Part shown: positions 28,484 to 38,237 of the stretch, in pieces
How positions within the stretch are numbered: position 1 is the first letter of the stretch
Layout: every line of letters starts with the position of its first letter
From: Gammaproteobacteria bacterium
Lineage (GTDB): Bacteria; Pseudomonadota; Gammaproteobacteria; Arenicellales; JAJDZL01
Assembly: GCA_022823625.1 (NCBI GenBank)
Contig: JAJEHQ010000011.1
Location: forward strand, 22,889 to 86,888
Reading direction: 5' to 3'
DNA length: 64,000 nucleotides
The notes under the pieces: generated by a model
Seen by the model: only the letters and a program-made list of their open reading frames with translations
What the model was told of the DNA's origin: nothing
Databases searched by the model: none
Translations under genes and position numbers: made by a program

Positions 28484-29164
28484 TTATCGTGCAGATGTAC
28501 TGGAATCAACAAATATTGCGTGCAAGCGTCGAGGCCCGTGGGCGCCGTACTGAATAGTCTGTTCAACATCAGCAGTTTTGGACGGTCCGGTAATCATATG
28601 AATACCGCGTGAATGTCCAGAAACTTGCTGAGAAGCGAGGTGCATGGCGTCATCCAGGTGCCTTACCAGCTGACCAATGTCCATAATGACAACATGATTT
28701 TCCGGAAGATAAAAGTGAGTAGCAGAAACCTTGGGTGAACTGGCAATCAAAATGGTTCCGGTTTCCGCAATCGCGCAGATTGCATCAGTAACGGAAGTGA
28801 CATCGGATTTGCATGCAGTACGTCTTTCAATTTTCCAGTCGTCTGGCCAATCGATTGTCTGTAAGAAATCGGTGTTGCCCATGACCATTTCAGTGAGCAG
28901 GTCGTTTGCCGAAAGAAAATCATTGACTGCTGCCGGAATTTGAGAGTGTTTTGAGACGATTTTGTAAGTGCCATGTACTGCAGTGTGCTTATCAATGAAG
29001 CAGTCTATGAGCGCACCATCAACAACCGGACGAGGATTTTCTGACGCACATATTTCATCATAACGACGATTGAATTCAGCCCGCTCAGAATCAGAAAAAT
29101 GCGCGAGTGCGCTACGTATGTCACTCAATACCTGTGATTTTGCTGTGTCAGAACTGGTGACCAA
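28484..29164 (-). CDS. LUD-domain protein (LutC/YkgG-like)
   Basis: 226 aa. The C-terminal half (AIAETGTILIASS ... ITGPSKTADVEQTIQYGAHGPRRLHAIFV) resembles the LutC/DUF162 fold family. No lutA/lutB is adjacent. Confidence 0.55.
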   Translation of the reverse strand: MVTSSDTAKSQVLSDIRSALAHFSDSERAEFNRRYDEICASENPRPVVDGALIDCFIDKHTAVHGTYKIVSKHSQIPAAVNDFLSANDLLTEMVMGNTDFLQTIDWPDDWKIERRTACKSDVTSVTDAICAIAETGTILIASSPKVSATHFYLPENHVVIMDIGQLVRHLDDAMHLASQQVSGHSRGIHMITGPSKTADVEQTIQYGAHGPRRLHAIFVDSSTSAR

Positions 29165-29241
29165 TTGAGAGCCTCTAATTCGTTGCGGTGAGAAGGTTGG
29201 CGTGAGCCTGCCATTATAAACTTGATGATATGAGGCGTGAT

Positions 29242-30219
29242 TTACCAGATTCGGTCGGCATCAAGTCGTTTGATCACGTTTGCCAGGGTTTCGTTTGAAT
29301 AGGAATTGAACCAGTCTTCGATCAGCCGATAAGCGATCGATAGCGGAGTTGGCAGTCGAAAGTCGTCGTGTTCGAGGCCACTGACTACTTCATCTATACT
29401 CCGCCAGTGCGCCTCTTGCAACTCTCCATCATTGAGATTGATTGCTTCGCTGGTTGCCGTCGCAGAGAATCCCAGCATGATGGAGCCCGGAAATGGCCAC
29501 GGCTGTGAGGAGTGGTAGAAGATCTGACCAATTTCAATGTTGGTTTCTTCGAGCACTTCTCTGGCAACTGCCTGTTCAATGCTTTCCCCAGGCTCGACAA
29601 ATCCGGCAATGACCGAAAAACGTTTCGGCGGCCATGACGTCTGCCGACCAAAAAGGCATTTACCGTCTCGCACCACTGAGACGATGATTGCCGGATCAGT
29701 CCGAGGGAAGTGGTTTTTCTCACATTTTTCATTGGAACATCTTCGAACATGTCCACCTTGTACTGAATAAGTGTCAGACCCACAGAGCCCGCAGAATTGA
29801 TGCGTCCAGTGCCAGTTGAACATAGCCTTGGCATAAGACAACAGCGATGCATTGTGGGCTTTGAGGTTGCGACCGCATTCTCTCAGACCGGTAAATCCTC
29901 TTCCGTCATCGGCTACCCGGTCAGCGGCTTGGATGCTGCCGAGTTCGGCAGCAAAGTAGTGCTTTGATTTACGCGAACCCAGAAAAACAATGTTTGTGAT
30001 ATCGGACGCAAGTTCATCAATTTCGTGAGCATGAAAAAAGCATGGTTTGGTTCTTGGCTCTTTGGCAACCAAAAACTGATTGCCAAAAAATACCAGGAAT
30101 CGCGCTGAAGGGTTTGCCTGAAGAATAGTCAGACGGTCTTCTTCTTTACGTTGCTTGACTTTTCGGTCGAGGTCGCTGTAGGTAAATACATTCAGCAACG
30201 ACCGTTGAAGTTCATCCAT
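29242..30219 (-). CDS. nudC: NAD(H) pyrophosphatase, Nudix family with zinc ribbon
   Basis: CGLCGSDT...CSNEKCEKNHFPRTDPAIIV zinc-ribbon plus Nudix box GFVEPGESIEQAVAREVLEETNI. Confidence 0.85.
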   Translation of the reverse strand: MDELQRSLLNVFTYSDLDRKVKQRKEEDRLTILQANPSARFLVFFGNQFLVAKEPRTKPCFFHAHEIDELASDITNIVFLGSRKSKHYFAAELGSIQAADRVADDGRGFTGLRECGRNLKAHNASLLSYAKAMFNWHWTHQFCGLCGSDTYSVQGGHVRRCSNEKCEKNHFPRTDPAIIVSVVRDGKCLFGRQTSWPPKRFSVIAGFVEPGESIEQAVAREVLEETNIEIGQIFYHSSQPWPFPGSIMLGFSATATSEAINLNDGELQEAHWRSIDEVVSGLEHDDFRLPTPLSIAYRLIEDWFNSYSNETLANVIKRLDADRIW

Positions 30220-30822
30220 TTAGCCGGGCAGTTTGGAGGAGACAAATTCTTTTACTTGTTTAAATCGCTTTGCCACCGGCACTTCCGGGTGCAACCCTAA
30301 GATCTGACTCCGTTCATCCAGCCAGGCGATGGCGGGTTTATTGTACCGAACCGCGAGTTCGGCTTCTGAGGCAGTTCCCAGTTGCCCTGGTAGAATGACC
30401 AGTACATCGCTGCTCAGTACATTGATGTGATTTCTGGAGGTTGGCCCCATTCCCAAATGGCCGGAATCCGGCAAATGGGTGAAAACAGGCACTTCAATCC
30501 AGGGATTTGGATAACCTTCAAGCGAATCGTATTCATTAACCGCTTCATCAACCCGTCCCGGAATCACACCAATTGCCAGCCCTCGTCTCTCTGAAGCGCT
30601 GGTGAACGCTCGGCTGACAGATAACATAACGCCTCCGCCTCCGCCAGTCAGCAGATGAACGGGCTGAGTCGCAAGCCACTTGCCCAGTTTTGTGGAACGT
30701 TTACTGTGCAAATCAGACCCGGAACCGAGGACACCCACAATTGGCAGGCGTTTTAATGTGACATTAACGTCAATGGCATCGTCCGATAGACTCATGACAT
30801 CAGAATTACTTGAGATAATCAT
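30220..30822 (-). CDS. LOG/TIGR00725-like Rossmann-fold nucleotide-binding protein (SLOG superfamily)
   Basis: LLTGGGGGVM glycine-rich loop and LPGQLGTASE (PGGxGTxxE-like) motif; 200 aa. Its stop codon abuts the nudC start codon. Confidence 0.6.
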   Translation of the reverse strand: MIISSNSDVMSLSDDAIDVNVTLKRLPIVGVLGSGSDLHSKRSTKLGKWLATQPVHLLTGGGGGVMLSVSRAFTSASERRGLAIGVIPGRVDEAVNEYDSLEGYPNPWIEVPVFTHLPDSGHLGMGPTSRNHINVLSSDVLVILPGQLGTASEAELAVRYNKPAIAWLDERSQILGLHPEVPVAKRFKQVKEFVSSKLPG

Positions 30823-30993
30823 GGCTGATTCAAGCGCTCTTAAATTTTGCAGTGGCTGTTTAGTCGCTTTGTTGAATTTTCTGAAAAAGATTGAGACTTA
30901 AAAATTTAGACTAAAGGACCAGGCGTAAAAATATAAAATTTTTTGCCAAATTTTCTAAGTCTGGAATCTAGAATTACTTTTTTGCGACGAATT

Positions 30994-31875
30994 ATGGCCC
31001 ACATCATTGACGGAAAATCCATTTCAGCGCAATTGCGTCAGAGCGTAACCGAACAGGTTGCCGTGCTTCGTTCCCAACACGAGATTACCCCAGGTCTCGC
31101 TGTCGTACTGGTTGGGGAAAATCCCGCAAGCCAAGTCTATGTGAAAAACAAAATTATACAGACCGCCAATGCTGGAATGAATTCATACTGTCACCGGCTC
31201 TCTGCCGAAGTTTCCGAGGAAGAGTTGCTTAATCTGGTGGAACATCTGAATGCAGACCCGTCAGTGAATGGAATTCTGGTTCAGTTACCGCTGCCTGATC
31301 AAATTGACTCTGACAAGGTGATCAGCATGATCGATCCCAACAAGGATGTTGATGGTTTTCATGTCATGAATGCGGGCCGTTTGACTGTTGGACTGGACGG
31401 TCTTGTTCCCTGCACGCCGGTCGGTTGCATTATTTTGCTAAAGTCTTATCTGAATGACCTGACTGGCTGCAATGCTGTTATTGTTGGTCGATCAAATATT
31501 GTTGGAAAACCGCTTGCTGCACTGCTTCTCAGAGAGCATTGCACCGTCACGATTGCTCATTCACGCACCCGAAATCTCGCTCAGGTCTGTCGGCAGGCTG
31601 ACATTTTGATCGCTGCTGTCGGGCGGCCAGAGATGGTTAAGGGCGACTGGGTTAAGCCCGGTTCGACCGTGATTGATGTTGGTATAAATCGCATCGAAGG
31701 CGATGGTGGCAAAACGCGGTTAGTCGGTGATGTTGACTATCAGGAGGCTTCGGAAGTTGCCGGTGCCATTACGCCGGTTCCCGGTGGTGTGGGCCCCATG
31801 ACGATTGCCTGTTTATTGCAGAATACGCTTCGAGCTGCCTGCCTTCAAAACGGCATTCAAGTACCGCACGTTTAG
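30994..31875 (+). CDS. folD: Bifunctional methylene-THF dehydrogenase / methenyl-THF cyclohydrolase
   Basis: [15 protein letters not shown]-terminus, [37 protein letters not shown]. The ATG at 30994 is preferred over the track start at 30943. Confidence 0.92.
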   Translation: MAHIIDGKSISAQLRQSVTEQVAVLRSQHEITPGLAVVLVGENPASQVYVKNKIIQTANAGMNSYCHRLSAEVSEEELLNLVEHLNADPSVNGILVQLPLPDQIDSDKVISMIDPNKDVDGFHVMNAGRLTVGLDGLVPCTPVGCIILLKSYLNDLTGCNAVIVGRSNIVGKPLAALLLREHCTVTIAHSRTRNLAQVCRQADILIAAVGRPEMVKGDWVKPGSTVIDVGINRIEGDGGKTRLVGDVDYQEASEVAGAITPVPGGVGPMTIACLLQNTLRAACLQNGIQVPHV

Positions 31876-31884
31876 AGCACCTTT

Positions 31885-33678
31885 CTACCAGCAGTAGGCG
31901 GCTGCAGGAAAAACATCCCCCTTGGCGCCGCGCGGGTCGTACCCGGCTTCGAGCACTCCCGTATCTGCATCTCGTTCGATTGCCAGCAAAAAGCCTTCGC
32001 TCCAGTCTGGAACAATATTCACTTCATGACCGCGGTTTTCCAGATCAGCGACAACTGACTCGCCAATTCTTCGTTCTAAATTGACATGATTTGGAACTCG
32101 CTCGTGTGGTGAGAAGAACCCAGGTGCATTCTGACTGGAAAATTTAGGTGCTTCTATCGACTCAGCGATGGTCATGTCAAACACCGTACGGTTCATAAGG
32201 AATTGCAGCATCCACTGATCCTGCTGATCGCCTCCCATGCTACCGTATACCATCCACGGTTTTCCGCTGCGGTAGACAAGCGTCGGGCTGATTGTCGTAC
32301 GCGGCTGTTTGTGAGGTGCCACGATATTGGGGTGGTTGTCAGGTGCCAGATAGAAGGTCATCAGTCTATTGCCGAGTGGCACGCCAAGTGCTTTGACGAC
32401 TTCTGAAGACTTAAGCCACGCACCACTTGGGGTGGCGGAAACCATGTTACCATCGCGATCAATGGCATCGACGTGTACCGTGCCATGTCCCCAGGATTTG
32501 CCACCTACACGTTTTTCAGCCGGTAGCAAAGGTTTACCTTCAAATGGATCACCTGGTCGAACTTCTGCATTCGCACGCCGCGAATCAATCAGTTCAGCGC
32601 GCATTTTGCCGTAGGCATCGTCTAGCAGTGAGGCAATGGGTACGTTCACATGCTTCGGGTCCGCGTACCACTGCTCGCGATCAGCAAAGGCCAACTTGAC
32701 GGCTTCGATCACCGTGTGCAGATAATCTGCCTGGTTGTGTCTCATGGACCGGAGTGACAGATTCTTCAAGATGGACAGCGCCTGAAGTAACACCGGTCCC
32801 TGGTTCCATGGGCCGCACTTGAAAACCTCGAAGTGTTCAAAATTGACTGAAACTGCCCGTTCAACTTGGGTTTCGAATGCTTCTAAATCGCTTCGAGCAA
32901 GAAACCCGTCGCGTTCTTTTGAGTGCCGTGCAATTTCTGTGGCGATATCACCTCGATAGAACTCACTGCGAGCGGCTTCAATGCCTTTTTCCCGAGTGCC
33001 GGAAGCTTTCTTTTCAGTTGAAACGAGTGTCTGTAGCAGGTCCGCTAGTGCCGGGTTTTGGAGCAGTTGGCCAGGAGATGGAACATTCCCTTGCGGTAAG
33101 TAAATCTCAGCAGTGTTTGGCCAGTCCTGGCGAAATCGGGTTGCATTTTCAAGAACGCCAAAGTCTGCCATATTCAAAAGGCCGCAGTGTACTGGAAATC
33201 CATCTCTGGCAAGCTTGAGAGCGGTGTGACAAATCTCTGCCAAAGACAGCGTACCGAAATTTTCAAGTGCCACTGTCAAGGCGCCAAATGCTGCTGGTAC
33301 CCCAGCTGCCAGAATTCCAACATCGGGGACATCATTCAGTCCGCGCTGTAGATAAGCGTCAACATTGGCAGCAGCTGGTGCCATGGTGTTGCCATTGATA
33401 ACCACGGGCTGATTTCGATCAGCCATTTGAATCAGCATGGGGCATTCGCCACACAAGGTATGCTGATGCGGGTTGAGTACACCCTCGACGAAAGCAGCGG
33501 CTACAGCTGCATCGACCGCATTGCCACCCGCTTTTAGTATGTCAGCGCCAGCGTTGGCGGCCAAATAGTGTTCGCTGGTAATCGCGCAGTGGGTTCCAAA
33601 AAGACGCGGGTGAAACGGCGTTGCGCGAATCTGTTCTTCGTTTCGATATCGAATGGCCACCAGTGCAGCCCTCGGCAA
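31885..33678 (-). CDS. Gamma-glutamyltransferase-family protein
   Basis: 597 aa. GGNAVDAAVAA N-terminal motif, autoprocessing-site-like HGTVHV, C-terminal SMGGDQQ. Confidence 0.7.
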   Translation of the reverse strand: MPRAALVAIRYRNEEQIRATPFHPRLFGTHCAITSEHYLAANAGADILKAGGNAVDAAVAAAFVEGVLNPHQHTLCGECPMLIQMADRNQPVVINGNTMAPAAANVDAYLQRGLNDVPDVGILAAGVPAAFGALTVALENFGTLSLAEICHTALKLARDGFPVHCGLLNMADFGVLENATRFRQDWPNTAEIYLPQGNVPSPGQLLQNPALADLLQTLVSTEKKASGTREKGIEAARSEFYRGDIATEIARHSKERDGFLARSDLEAFETQVERAVSVNFEHFEVFKCGPWNQGPVLLQALSILKNLSLRSMRHNQADYLHTVIEAVKLAFADREQWYADPKHVNVPIASLLDDAYGKMRAELIDSRRANAEVRPGDPFEGKPLLPAEKRVGGKSWGHGTVHVDAIDRDGNMVSATPSGAWLKSSEVVKALGVPLGNRLMTFYLAPDNHPNIVAPHKQPRTTISPTLVYRSGKPWMVYGSMGGDQQDQWMLQFLMNRTVFDMTIAESIEAPKFSSQNAPGFFSPHERVPNHVNLERRIGESVVADLENRGHEVNIVPDWSEGFLLAIERDADTGVLEAGYDPRGAKGDVFPAAAYCW

Positions 33679-33690
33679 GTTAAGAATGTG

Positions 33691-35370
33691 TCAGAATAGT
33701 CCCTCGATTTGACCGCTGCTGCCCAAGCGGATCGAATTGGCTGCTGGAACGCGGGGAAGCCCCGGCATGGTCATGATGTCACCGCAAATTGCAACAGCAA
33801 ATCCCGCACCTGCGAGAAGTCTGACTTCACGGACCGGTACGACATGTCCCTCAGGTGCGCCAATTTTGGTCGGATCGACAGAGAAACTGTACTGCGTCTT
33901 TGCCATGCAAACTGGCAGGTGGCCAAATCTAGATTCCTGAAGCTGCGTAAGAAAACTTGCAGCCTTGCTTTCCACTGCAATATCTGAGGCGCGGTAAATT
34001 TCTCTTGCCGTAGTACGAATCTTCTCCTCAAGCGGTATGTCGTTGTCATACAGCAACTTGAATCCGGACTCACCGGAGTCAACTATATCAACGACTTTGT
34101 GTGCGAGCTGCTCGGCGCCTGCACCGCCATCTGACCAGTGAGTGCACTCAATCGCTTCAACACCGTATTCAGCACAGCTCTGTCTGACGGCTGCGACCTC
34201 TGCATCAGTATCCGAGACAAACCGGTTTATCGCAACAACCGCTCGCAAGCCGTATTTGGCAAGGTTTGACAGATGGCGTCGTAGATTGACACATCCTGAT
34301 TCAACCGCTGCCACATTCTCCGTTTGAAGCTCAGACTTTGCAACGCCACCATGCATTTTGAGTGCCCGGATTGTGGCGACAAGCACTACTGCCGATGGGT
34401 TGAGTCCCGCTGAGCGACACTTGATATCAAAAAATTTCTGGGCTCCCAGGTCGGCGCCAAACCCGGCTTCAGTTACCACGTAATCTGACAGTTTGAGGGC
34501 GGTGCGGGTTGCAATCACGGAATTACAGCCATGGGCAATGTTGGCAAATGGACCGCCGTGAATAAACGCCGGGTTATTTTCCAAGGTCTGTACAAGATTT
34601 GGTGCGAAAGCGTCTTTGAGCAGTACGGTCATCGGTCCTTGGGCGTTCACGTCGCTCGCTGTGACTGCCGAACGGTCGCGTCGATAGCCGACGTTAATTC
34701 TTCCAAGCCTTGCTTCCAGGTCCGAAAGGCTGTTAGCAAGACAGAATATCGCCATAATTTCGCTGGCAACCGTAATGTCGAAGCCGCTTTCCCGAGGAAA
34801 GCCATTGGCTACGCCTCCCAAGGAACAGGTAATCTGTCGCAGTGCTCGATCATTCATATCGACGACGCGACGCCAGGTAACGCGCCGGCTGTCAAGATTT
34901 GAATCAGCACCCCAATAAATTGAGTTGTCAACCAATGCCGACAGCAGATTATGAGCAGCACTGATGGCGTGAAAATCTCCGGTAAAGTGAAGGTTGATAT
35001 CTTCCATCGGAACGACCTGTGCGTAGCCTCCTCCGGCCGCACCGCCTTTCATACCGAAACAGGGTCCGAGACTAGGCTCTCTCAGACACATCATGGTATT
35101 TTTGTTGATACGATTGAGAGCGTCCCCCAAAGCGACGGAGGTTGTCGTTTTACCTTCTCCTGCAGGGGTGGGAGTGATGGCAGTGACAAGAATTAACTTG
35201 CCATCCGCTTGATCGCTGAGCGAATCAATATAGTCAAGATCAATTTTTGCCTTTGTATGCCCGTATGGAATCAGGGCATCGTGCGGGATATTCAGCTGTC
35301 CACCAATTTCCCCGATGGGTTTCATGGTTGCCTCGCGGGCGATTTCTATATCACTTTTTACCTGTAACAC
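33691..35370 (-). CDS. fhs: Formate-tetrahydrofolate ligase
   Basis: [14 protein letters not shown]-loop of FTHFS; 559 aa. GTG start preceded by AGAGGAG. Confidence 0.92.
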   Translation of the reverse strand: MLQVKSDIEIAREATMKPIGEIGGQLNIPHDALIPYGHTKAKIDLDYIDSLSDQADGKLILVTAITPTPAGEGKTTTSVALGDALNRINKNTMMCLREPSLGPCFGMKGGAAGGGYAQVVPMEDINLHFTGDFHAISAAHNLLSALVDNSIYWGADSNLDSRRVTWRRVVDMNDRALRQITCSLGGVANGFPRESGFDITVASEIMAIFCLANSLSDLEARLGRINVGYRRDRSAVTASDVNAQGPMTVLLKDAFAPNLVQTLENNPAFIHGGPFANIAHGCNSVIATRTALKLSDYVVTEAGFGADLGAQKFFDIKCRSAGLNPSAVVLVATIRALKMHGGVAKSELQTENVAAVESGCVNLRRHLSNLAKYGLRAVVAINRFVSDTDAEVAAVRQSCAEYGVEAIECTHWSDGGAGAEQLAHKVVDIVDSGESGFKLLYDNDIPLEEKIRTTAREIYRASDIAVESKAASFLTQLQESRFGHLPVCMAKTQYSFSVDPTKIGAPEGHVVPVREVRLLAGAGFAVAICGDIMTMPGLPRVPAANSIRLGSSGQIEGLF

Positions 35371-35420
35371 CGACTAGTACTCCTCTTTATGGTGTTGCTC
35401 GAATCAATTCCGATCGCGTT

Positions 35421-35450
35421 CAAAATAAAAATAAAACGCGTAGAACGCGC
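35421..35450 (-). terminator. Terminator-like hairpin plus U-tract in the fhs leader / rnpB trailer
   Basis: On the minus strand: CGCGT-TCT-ACGCG (35437-35449) followed by TTTTATTTTTATTTT. The stem is short (5 bp, GC-rich) and lies ~50 nt upstream of the fhs start. Confidence 0.45.
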
Positions 35451-35614
35451 AATCAAGAAGTGACTGTTTGAAAGTCGCCGTGCAAAACGAATCCATCCCC
35501 CGTTACCGACCAAATCGGCACTAATTCTCCGTCAATTCGTGCAACAGAATGTGGCGACTCGAAACTTGAGGCGAAGTGCCTCAATTTTACTATATGCAAA
35601 TACTGGGGGAGGAG

Positions 35615-35992
35615 AAAAGAGCCGGTCTATAAGCCGGGTTCTGTACGATTTAGCAATCGATGGCAGCCATTTGTCTAGGACTCACATCACTGTGAGACTC
35701 AAGCGACCTACCCAAGTCCAACGAGGGCCGCGTTATCGGACTTCTATTTGGTCTTGCTCCGGGTGGGGTTTACAATGCCGACTTCGTTACCGAAATCGCG
35801 GTGCGCTCTTACCACACCATTTCACCCTTACCTGCCTCTACCGTCCAGAGCCTGAACGAAATCGCCAGGCGGTATACTTTCTGTTGCACTTTCCGTCAGC
35901 TCGCGCCGCCCAGGCGTTACCTGGCACCTTGCCCCTGGAGCCCGGACTTTCCTCCTGAACCGTAATCCAGGCGACTACCCAACCAGCTCTTT
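35615..35992 (-). ncRNA. rnpB: RNase P RNA, bacterial type A
   Basis: Minus strand reads AGAGCUGGUUGGGUAGUCGCC...GGAGGAAAGUCCGGGCUCC...ACAGAACCCGGCUUAUAGACCGGCUCU. The universally conserved GGAAAGUCCGG and ACAGAAnCCGGCUUA blocks and P1 pairing (AGAGCUGGU/ACCGGCUCU) are present. Ends are approximate, within about 5 nt. Confidence 0.93.
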
Positions 35993-36231
35993 TCATCAGA
36001 TTTAAATTTTACTGCACACCGGAACGCAGTCGAGGGCTGCCGACAGGTTCCATTGGATTGACCGGAGCCAATCTTTGGATCAGCCTTAGCTTATTTCGCG
36101 TCAGTTTTAGTGTAGCAATGCATCTCAATTCACTTGATTTCTTAAATCAATTGACAGTGAACTGACTCAAAATCCAAAAATCACACTACAGCCAAAATCA
36201 ACCAGTCTGTATCTGTGATTCATGGAATTCG

Positions 36232-36672
36232 TTAGAATTTTAGAATTTTCTTAAACTCTGCAGGACTCAGGATAGATACTGAAAAATGCTTGTCAAGTGT
36301 AAGTAAATCTTCATCACCGGTTACAAGGAACTCGGCATCGCTCACAAGTGCCAATGACAGAAACGGAATGTCAAAGTGATCGCGACACTCGGGTACAGCA
36401 GGTAGTGAGCTTGGCATGGTTACGCATTCGCAAAATGGTAGAAAATCGTCAAGCAACTCACTCTGCTCATCGTCTTTCAACGCAAATTTTGGATAGGCAA
36501 GAACTCCGACCAGTTCCATCAAAGTCAAATTGCTGATCAGCGGCAATATGTGTTCGGAGTACCAAGCCGAACGCATCCAAGATAGCCGGCCAGTCTGAAA
36601 CAACAGAGCTGAAATCAGAACATTTGTGTCGAGAACTACTCGAACTGGTGCTGTCTTTGTGTTCTTGCCCAC
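36232..36672 (-). CDS. PIN-domain toxin (type II TA)
   Basis: VVLDTNVLISALLF N-terminal PIN acidic motif, later LVTGDEDLL; 146 aa; overlaps the upstream antitoxin gene. Confidence 0.8.
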   Translation of the reverse strand: MGKNTKTAPVRVVLDTNVLISALLFQTGRLSWMRSAWYSEHILPLISNLTLMELVGVLAYPKFALKDDEQSELLDDFLPFCECVTMPSSLPAVPECRDHFDIPFLSLALVSDAEFLVTGDEDLLTLDKHFSVSILSPAEFKKILKF

Positions 36673-36863
36673 GCGATCGCGTCAGAAATGTCTCTCTCTG
36701 TCAGGCCAAGTTCGGCAAGTTTCGCCCGCACTCCATTGGCGCGATTGACTCGAACAGGCGTCAGTATGATTCGACCGTTCTCAACGGCGACATCGAAATA
36801 ATCGGTAGATTCAACTGCGGCTGTCACAGCTTTGGGCAGAGTCAATTGATTTTTGGAAGTCAT
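36636..36863 (-). CDS. AbrB/SpoVT/MazE-fold antitoxin
   Basis: MTSKNQLTLPKAV swapped-hairpin motif; ~75 aa. Alternative GTG start at 36875. Confidence 0.75.
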   Translation of the reverse strand: MTSKNQLTLPKAVTAAVESTDYFDVAVENGRIILTPVRVNRANGVRAKLAELGLTERDISDAIAWARTQRQHQFE

Positions 36864-37243
36864 TTTCGCTAGCACTGCTACAACCTCTGCGATTCCTTCA
36901 AATGATTCAAGATTCTATATAGCAGATTATAAAGGAATTATTACATCCTTACTATAAGAATTAATAGTTATACAAATCCAAGACTCGGTAACTACTACCC
37001 AGTTGATGCATTTAAATCGATAAGACTTGTACGATTTCTTGTTGATGGTAACTGTTGTCAGGTGCGTCGTCCGAAAACTCATACAGGCTGAATCATTATT
37101 TCACGTGTGAGAGAGTCACTCAAAATCAAACCACAAGACATCCGATTACATCAATGCTGGCAGTCTGACGCGCTCAGCCGAAACGACAAGAAAATCAGAT
37201 TTGGCAGGCAGATGCATCAGGGCTAATTCTGTTGAGTCAACTT

Positions 37244-38113
37244 TTAGTCAGTTTTGGACTGTTTCTCTTCAGTCTCAGACTGTAGTTCGAGCGTCCGTTG
37301 ATACAGCAAATTACGCCTGACGCCAAATATTCTGGCAGTAATTTCAGCAGCCTTGCGTGGCGTTAACTCTTTCATCAGAATTTTGAGAGTCTGATCAATC
37401 TGCAAATCAATTCCGCGTTCTGAACGAGAAGCGGGACCAACAATTACTACGAACTCACCTTTGATTTCGTTGGTATTTTCGCGAACCTGTTCGGTGATAA
37501 CTCCAAGCTTACCAACCCGGATGCTTTCATAGACCTTTGTCATTTCTCTTGCAATGCAAACCTCCCTGGCGCTGCCAAGAGCGGCAGTCAGGTCCTCGAG
37601 TGAGACAACAATGCGATGCGGGGCTTCGAAAAAAACAAGTGCACTGTCGAGTTCTGACAACTGACGTATGCGTCGTTTTCGATCACCCGAACTCGATGGT
37701 AGAAAGCCTTCAAAGTGAAACTGACGAAATTTAAGTCCACACACTGAAAGAGCGCTGCTTACAGCACTGGCCCCAGGGACCGGAATAACACGAATACCAT
37801 TCTCATGTGCAGTTTTGACCAGGGTGGCGCCTGGGTCGGAAAAAAGTGGCGTGCCAGCGTCAGAGACAAGAGCGACGCTCTCTCCATCGAGCAGGCGCTG
37901 TTTCAGTTTGAGTGCACTTTTGGTTTCGTTGTGCTGATGGTGTGCAATCACTGGGGTCTTGATGCCAAAATGACTCAACAGCTTACGACTTTGCCGAGTG
38001 TCCTCGGCAGCGATGACATCAACATTTTTCAGCACTTCCAACGCTCGCGCGGAAATGTCAGCGAGATTGCCAATCGGGGTCGCGACGATATATAGATGTC
38101 CGGGCGGTTTCAT
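37244..38113 (-). CDS. rsmI: 16S rRNA (cytidine1402-2'-O)-methyltransferase
   Basis: LYIVATPIGNLADIS N-terminus, tetrapyrrole-methylase-like fold; divergent from lpoA as in other gammaproteobacteria. Confidence 0.9.
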   Translation of the reverse strand: MKPPGHLYIVATPIGNLADISARALEVLKNVDVIAAEDTRQSRKLLSHFGIKTPVIAHHQHNETKSALKLKQRLLDGESVALVSDAGTPLFSDPGATLVKTAHENGIRVIPVPGASAVSSALSVCGLKFRQFHFEGFLPSSSGDRKRRIRQLSELDSALVFFEAPHRIVVSLEDLTAALGSAREVCIAREMTKVYESIRVGKLGVITEQVRENTNEIKGEFVVIVGPASRSERGIDLQIDQTLKILMKELTPRKAAEITARIFGVRRNLLYQRTLELQSETEEKQSKTD

Positions 38114-38237
38114 GGTGATATTGTGAAGTAATATAATTTGAGACGAAATTTAGTTGCGAAATTTCGATTTTGCGCCTGACGGTGCTCCTTCCAAATTATC
38201 AAGTCCGTGTGTGGAATTTTCACGTAAAGGTGCTCAT

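Noticed and set aside
29394-29852. 152-aa minus-strand ORF inside nudC.
   Set aside because: It is an alternate frame of the same strand as nudC. nudC has clear zinc-ribbon and Nudix motifs, whereas this frame has none.
35470-35560. Possible ZTP (pfl) riboswitch upstream of fhs, a classic ZTP target.
   Set aside because: The conserved ZTP elements (GACUGGCG-type 5' subdomain and the CCGCCUGGGC 3' pseudoknot strand) are absent on the minus strand. I kept it only as an unclassified structured leader.
35539-35958. 139-aa + strand ORF from the track.
   Set aside because: It lies entirely antisense to the RNase P RNA gene. It is Arg/Ser/Leu-rich with no motif, and is an artefact of the structured GC-rich RNA gene.
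36165-37127. Identical 10-mer ACTCAAAATC at 36165-36174 and 37118-37127 bracketing the PIN/AbrB cassette, a possible target-site duplication or att-like repeat.
   Set aside because: A 10-nt exact match is expected many times by chance in 64 kb. The flanking bases diverge quickly, and there is no integrase or transposase.
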